DNA of 34,397 nucleotides from a virus: IMG/VR virus record IMGVR_UViG_3300032295_001045, positions 1 to 34,397 of that record; one strand, 5' to 3'. Shown piece by piece: positions 30,975 to 34,397 of this stretch (position 1 is its first letter; each line of letters starts with the position of its first letter). The notes under the pieces were generated by a model. It saw only the letters and a program-made list of their open reading frames with translations, ran no database searches and was not told where the DNA came from. The position numbers and the translations under genes were made by a program.

Positions 30975-32041
30975 TAAAATAATCCTTTAATGAAATTACC
31001 ACCCAAAGAACCACCGCCAGCAACCGGAAGCTTGGCAATTCCCATACCTAACCCAAAAAGACCGCTTAACGGGCTAGAGGCTTGCTCGGCGTTGTAAGCG
31101 TTCAATTGTGCGCCATACCCTAGCTGCGCGGCTTTCATCATGTCGGGGCCGGAAGTGGTTGCCTGTTGTGCATATTGCTGGAATTGCGGGGCTTGTACTT
31201 GATTTCCAGCGCGTAGGGCATTTATCAGGTTAAGCGGTCGGTCTTGTAAATAGGCTTGTTCTTGCAGTGCAGCAGCGCGGTTAGCCTGGTCAAGGTTTAT
31301 GCCTTGTAATGCAGCCTGTAGCCTCAAGTCGTTAGCTTGCTGGCCTTGTATTGCCATTTCACGCGAGAAAGCATCTGAGCCTAGTCCAATGCCAGTATTT
31401 GCCAGTCGTTGCCGTGTGGCTTCTTCTTGAGACTGTAGCTGCGGGTTAAGCCTTGCCAATAACGCTTCCTGCGCGGTCTGGCCTACGTCAATAGCTCGTT
31501 TTGGTAAAGCGCCAACGTCTAATTCTGGGTTTTCAAATATTGAGCGTACACGGTCAAAACCTAAATTAGCCACCTCGCCATATTTACGGTTCAGGGCAAG
31601 TTGTTGGTCTAACGCGGCCTGTGCTTCAGGGGCAAGTTCAACGGTTTGCTCCCATCCTGAATCTGGGTCGTATTCCATGAAGTCTTCGGGTCTTGGTGCG
31701 GATCCGGTAGCTCTTGGCGCGTTATATTCGGCAAGTTCGCGCTGATATCTTGCTTGTTCAATCGGGTCAACGTAATAATCTTGTTCGCCACTATGGTATG
31801 GCGCTTTCGGAGCCGGTCCGCGTTCTTGCGGTCGGTTAAAATTCTGCATCGCTTTGTTGTAAGCGTCGTAATTTATTCTGCCGCCAGTCGGGTTTTGCCG
31901 CCAGGTTAGTCTTCCCCACGGTGTTATCTGGTTAGCGCGGTTTGCTCGAACTGCTGCGCGGGTAGCTTCTAAGTTACCTCGTGCTGTTTCTTTTGCGGCT
32001 GATTCGTAGTCGGGTGCGGGGGGTGGGCTAGAGCTGCACAT
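30974..32041 (-). CDS. Internal virion / ejection-like protein A (355 aa)
   Basis: N-terminal PPPAPDYESAAKETARGNLEATRAAVRANRANQITPWG, a Gln-rich middle and a Gly-rich hydrophobic C-terminus. GAGGT upstream. Confidence 0.45.
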   Translation of the reverse strand: MCSSSPPPAPDYESAAKETARGNLEATRAAVRANRANQITPWGRLTWRQNPTGGRINYDAYNKAMQNFNRPQERGPAPKAPYHSGEQDYYVDPIEQARYQRELAEYNAPRATGSAPRPEDFMEYDPDSGWEQTVELAPEAQAALDQQLALNRKYGEVANLGFDRVRSIFENPELDVGALPKRAIDVGQTAQEALLARLNPQLQSQEEATRQRLANTGIGLGSDAFSREMAIQGQQANDLRLQAALQGINLDQANRAAALQEQAYLQDRPLNLINALRAGNQVQAPQFQQYAQQATTSGPDMMKAAQLGYGAQLNAYNAEQASSPLSGLFGLGMGIAKLPVAGGGSLGGNFIKGLF

Positions 32042-32043
32042 AT

Positions 32044-32505
32044 TTACCTCAATTCATAAACCATTTCGGTTGCCATATTCTTAAACCCCATTCTTTGCCA
32101 TAACTTGCTAACTCTTAAGTCAGTCACGGCTGTACAATAGGCTTTTTGAACGTCAAGTTTTTTTAGTTCAGCCAATACATGCTGCACTAATTTCTTTCCT
32201 ATGCCATTCCGATGGTTTCGGGTAACGAATAACGCATCTTCTTTGGCTATTTTATCACCGTTATGCATATCATTGGTAATATAAATCAAACAATATCCGA
32301 CACATTCAGCGTCGTGTTTTACAATAAAAAACTTTAACCAGCCATCATTATTAAATTTGATGTACCTGTCTAGTTGCGGATTAAATGGCGAAATTTTTAT
32401 GCCATCTTTTTCTAATCGTTCTTTCATTTCTTGGTAATGCTCACTGGTCAATCGGCAAAAATCAGGCAAATTGTTTGCTATTTTTGCTTCATGAAAAGTG
32501 TACAT
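32044..32505 (-). CDS. GNAT-family N-acetyltransferase
   Basis: 153 aa. Motif A FVTRNHRNGIGKKLVQHVL and C-terminal KLWQRMGF. Visibly AT-rich compared with the flanking genes. Confidence 0.7.
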   Translation of the reverse strand: MYTFHEAKIANNLPDFCRLTSEHYQEMKERLEKDGIKISPFNPQLDRYIKFNNDGWLKFFIVKHDAECVGYCLIYITNDMHNGDKIAKEDALFVTRNHRNGIGKKLVQHVLAELKKLDVQKAYCTAVTDLRVSKLWQRMGFKNMATEMVYELR

Positions 32506-32514
32506 AGTTAGCCT

Positions 32515-34038
32515 TTATAAAACAGAGTTGGACGACTGGAAAAGATAATCGACATTATTAAACCTAACCTCAGAGCCGTTATTCTGTACTTTCAACCTTA
32601 ACGATGCGCTATTTGCCACCGCACCTACTGTATTCCATCCGGTAATCGGTCTCAATCCGCCGCCCCAAACCATCGGCCCCCATACCATCGAACTCCACAC
32701 CATGCCCGTAGGTGGCGTGAAATTCAGTGTACCTTGAGCATCTTGGGCTAGGTAATCAGTGTTCAGTCCGTAAAGTACCGAAGGGCTGCCAGTCGTCAAA
32801 ATGTACGGTCTGACCATCGTGAAATACTTATTGAAGGCTTTGTTACCGAAGTAATTAAAGGCAGGTAAGCAGTCAGCTTGTATAGGTGTTGTGTTGTCTA
32901 AGTCGCCAAGCCATGCCTTATAAACCCGTGTATTGTCTGCGTAGTACAGTCCGGTCGAGGCATGTAGTAGTACGTTAGCGTTCCAGCCGACAAACTTTGT
33001 CCATGCGCCCGTGATCGTGTTTTGTGCGTACTGATAATTCCCGCCGGGGTTTGGTACGTTCAATAGCATCATGTTCGCGTCAGGGTATAAAGTCAGTTGC
33101 CACCCAAACGACGAACCGTAGGAATTCGCTGCAATAGATACGCTATTCTGTATCTTGTCAGTCAGGGCTACTGTTCTATCGACACTTGCTGACAAAAGAC
33201 CGCGCCCCAACGGGAAAACGCCCTCTGTGGTGTTGACTGCTAAATCCCCGCCGTACTTCTCAGCACATCGACGGCCTAAAGGCTTACCTAACTGAAACAC
33301 TCCGACTATCGAAAAATCACCACCCGCGCCGGGGTTGCTGCCTCTGTAAATCGCCACCTCGCCCATCGTTGAAATAACGACGAAATGGTCATCAGCACCC
33401 GCGCCAGCGTCCACCGTCCATGTATAGCAGGCCATAATCGACCCGCCATCGCGGAAAATGGCGCTCATATCCAACGTACCCACTGCCCCACCTACTTGTC
33501 CAACGGGCAGAAATACCACCTGCATGCTGTTTTTGACCACAAAATACAGCCGTGACTTAAACACGCACACATGCACCAGGTTAGTTGTCGTCACTCCGGT
33601 TATTGAAGGCGTTGACGTTCCATCTATTGCCGTCCATGTCGTGCCGTTAAATAGTTGGGGTCTGTCTTGTCCGTTCACTAGGTACAGAAAAGACCCACCC
33701 GCAGTAGTCACGTTAGCGTGTTGCCATTGTGCTGAAGTCTGCCCGGTCACGACTGCCGCGCCTACCGCTCCGGCTGTAGTTACGTCGAAAATACCCGTAC
33801 CCGCTGCGGCGAACAGTTTTGCCCCGCCACTTGTCGGCAAATACTCCACCAGCGTTTGTACTGCGTTTGCAAAACCTGTAACGTGGTTAGTGCTGCCTTT
33901 TCTAACGCCCACATACGAAGGATAAGGCCACCAGTTATCAAGTATGAGCGCATATTGCGGTTTCATATCTGCAATGCTGTCTCGGTCATTTAGACCGCCA
34001 ACCGGGGCAGGTATTGAAGTAGCGCGTGCTGTTGCCAT
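32515..34038 (-). CDS. Tail tubular protein B / nozzle-like protein
   Basis: 507 aa. N-terminal PAPVGGLNDRDSIADMKPQYALILDNWWP...VGVRKG parallels the T7 gp12 N-terminal logic from memory. TAATG overlap upstream. Confidence 0.45.
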   Translation of the reverse strand: MATARATSIPAPVGGLNDRDSIADMKPQYALILDNWWPYPSYVGVRKGSTNHVTGFANAVQTLVEYLPTSGGAKLFAAAGTGIFDVTTAGAVGAAVVTGQTSAQWQHANVTTAGGSFLYLVNGQDRPQLFNGTTWTAIDGTSTPSITGVTTTNLVHVCVFKSRLYFVVKNSMQVVFLPVGQVGGAVGTLDMSAIFRDGGSIMACYTWTVDAGAGADDHFVVISTMGEVAIYRGSNPGAGGDFSIVGVFQLGKPLGRRCAEKYGGDLAVNTTEGVFPLGRGLLSASVDRTVALTDKIQNSVSIAANSYGSSFGWQLTLYPDANMMLLNVPNPGGNYQYAQNTITGAWTKFVGWNANVLLHASTGLYYADNTRVYKAWLGDLDNTTPIQADCLPAFNYFGNKAFNKYFTMVRPYILTTGSPSVLYGLNTDYLAQDAQGTLNFTPPTGMVWSSMVWGPMVWGGGLRPITGWNTVGAVANSASLRLKVQNNGSEVRFNNVDYLFQSSNSVL

Positions 34039-34397
34039 TATTTGACACCCATCAAGCCCATAGGCTGATTGTTGCGTTCTAGTATTCTAAGCAGTCTTTC
34101 TTCACCGGGGAATACGACAAAGTTTGATGTACCGCCAGTAGCGCGTGAGCCAGCGTCTAGGTAGCGAATGCCAGGTATGCCTTGTGCGCGCAAATAAGCA
34201 GCTGCCGCCTCTGGCGTCATTCCTTTTCCTACTTCATCTCCAAAGCCGCTTTGCATGTATTGATGCAAACTTTGACCTGTTTTTTGTTTTGGGTCGTCAT
34301 ACCATTGTTTCGTTTCTTTATATCTAGCCAATGCATCTTTGTAAAATTGTGATTTTTTGATGGCTTTTTGTACGTCCGGCGCTTGTTGGCTTAACGG
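34038..34397 (-). CDS. 3' part of the ART-like gene (same gene as 1-909); only 34038-34274 is unique sequence
   Basis: The frame is continuous with 1-909 across the 123-bp overlap. C-terminus GIPGIRYLDAGSRATGGTSNFVVF. The track start at 34331 is an internal Met. Confidence 0.6.
   Translation of the reverse strand, partial: PLSQQAPDVQKAIKKSQFYKDALARYKETKQWYDDPKQKTGQSLHQYMQSGFGDEVGKGMTPEAAAAYLRAQGIPGIRYLDAGSRATGGTSNFVVFPGEERLLRILERNNQPMGLMGVK
34275..34397. repeat. Terminal overlap, copy B (identical to 1-123)
   Basis: 123/123 identity, checked by eye. Confidence 0.97.

Noticed and set aside
1-34397. All plus-strand ORFs in the supplied track (for example 506-955, 2813-3472, 6133-6534, 19621-20136, 33458-33925)
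   Set aside because: Each lies antisense to a longer minus-strand ORF that has a ribosome-binding site or overlap coupling. Their translations are Ser/Arg/Cys/Leu-rich low-complexity strings typical of shadow frames, and none has a convincing start context.

Overview
The window is one complete tailed-phage genome, written as a circle cut inside a gene. Bases 1-123 repeat exactly at 34275-34397, so the unique length is 34,274 bp. Every credible gene is on the minus strand. Most genes are translationally coupled through ATGA, TAATG, GTGA or TTGA overlaps. All plus-strand ORFs in the track look like shadow frames.

In the direction of transcription there are two arms.
- Early/accessory arm (23892 down to 12246): many small ORFs, an ERF-type annealase, a NinB-like protein, a YbcO/DUF1364-like protein, a secreted Rap1a/Tai-like protein, a wHTH protein, a lambda-O-like initiator carrying an internal iteron origin, a P-like loader, a run of tiny membrane proteins, an RHH protein and a RuvC-like resolvase.
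- Late arm (12189 down through base 1, across the junction, to 24030): TerS-like, TerL, portal, scaffold-like, HK97-type capsid, T7 gp11/gp12-like tail-tube genes, three internal-virion-like proteins, tail fiber and lysis genes.

The late arm ends at the one strong intrinsic terminator (23961-23987), which abuts the early promoter (23918-23945). I saw no integrase, repressor, DNA or RNA polymerase, tRNA, CRISPR array or reverse transcriptase.

Most noteworthy:
1. A gene split by the window ends carries a PARP-like ADP-ribosyltransferase signature. It is inserted between the gp11-like and gp12-like tail genes.
2. An AT-rich GNAT acetyltransferase gene sits at the head of the internal-virion-protein block.
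3. Six 17-bp iterons plus four 11-bp-phased ACGGTT repeats lie inside the initiator gene.
4. Six promoters share TGTGTA(T/G)A(A/G)T, and two of them place +1 on the A of the start codon (leaderless design).
5. The lysis cassette has no canonical lysozyme or lipoprotein spanin.
6. A periplasmic T6SS-immunity-like protein is encoded in the early arm.

All family names come from motif recognition by eye and memory. No database search or computation was run.
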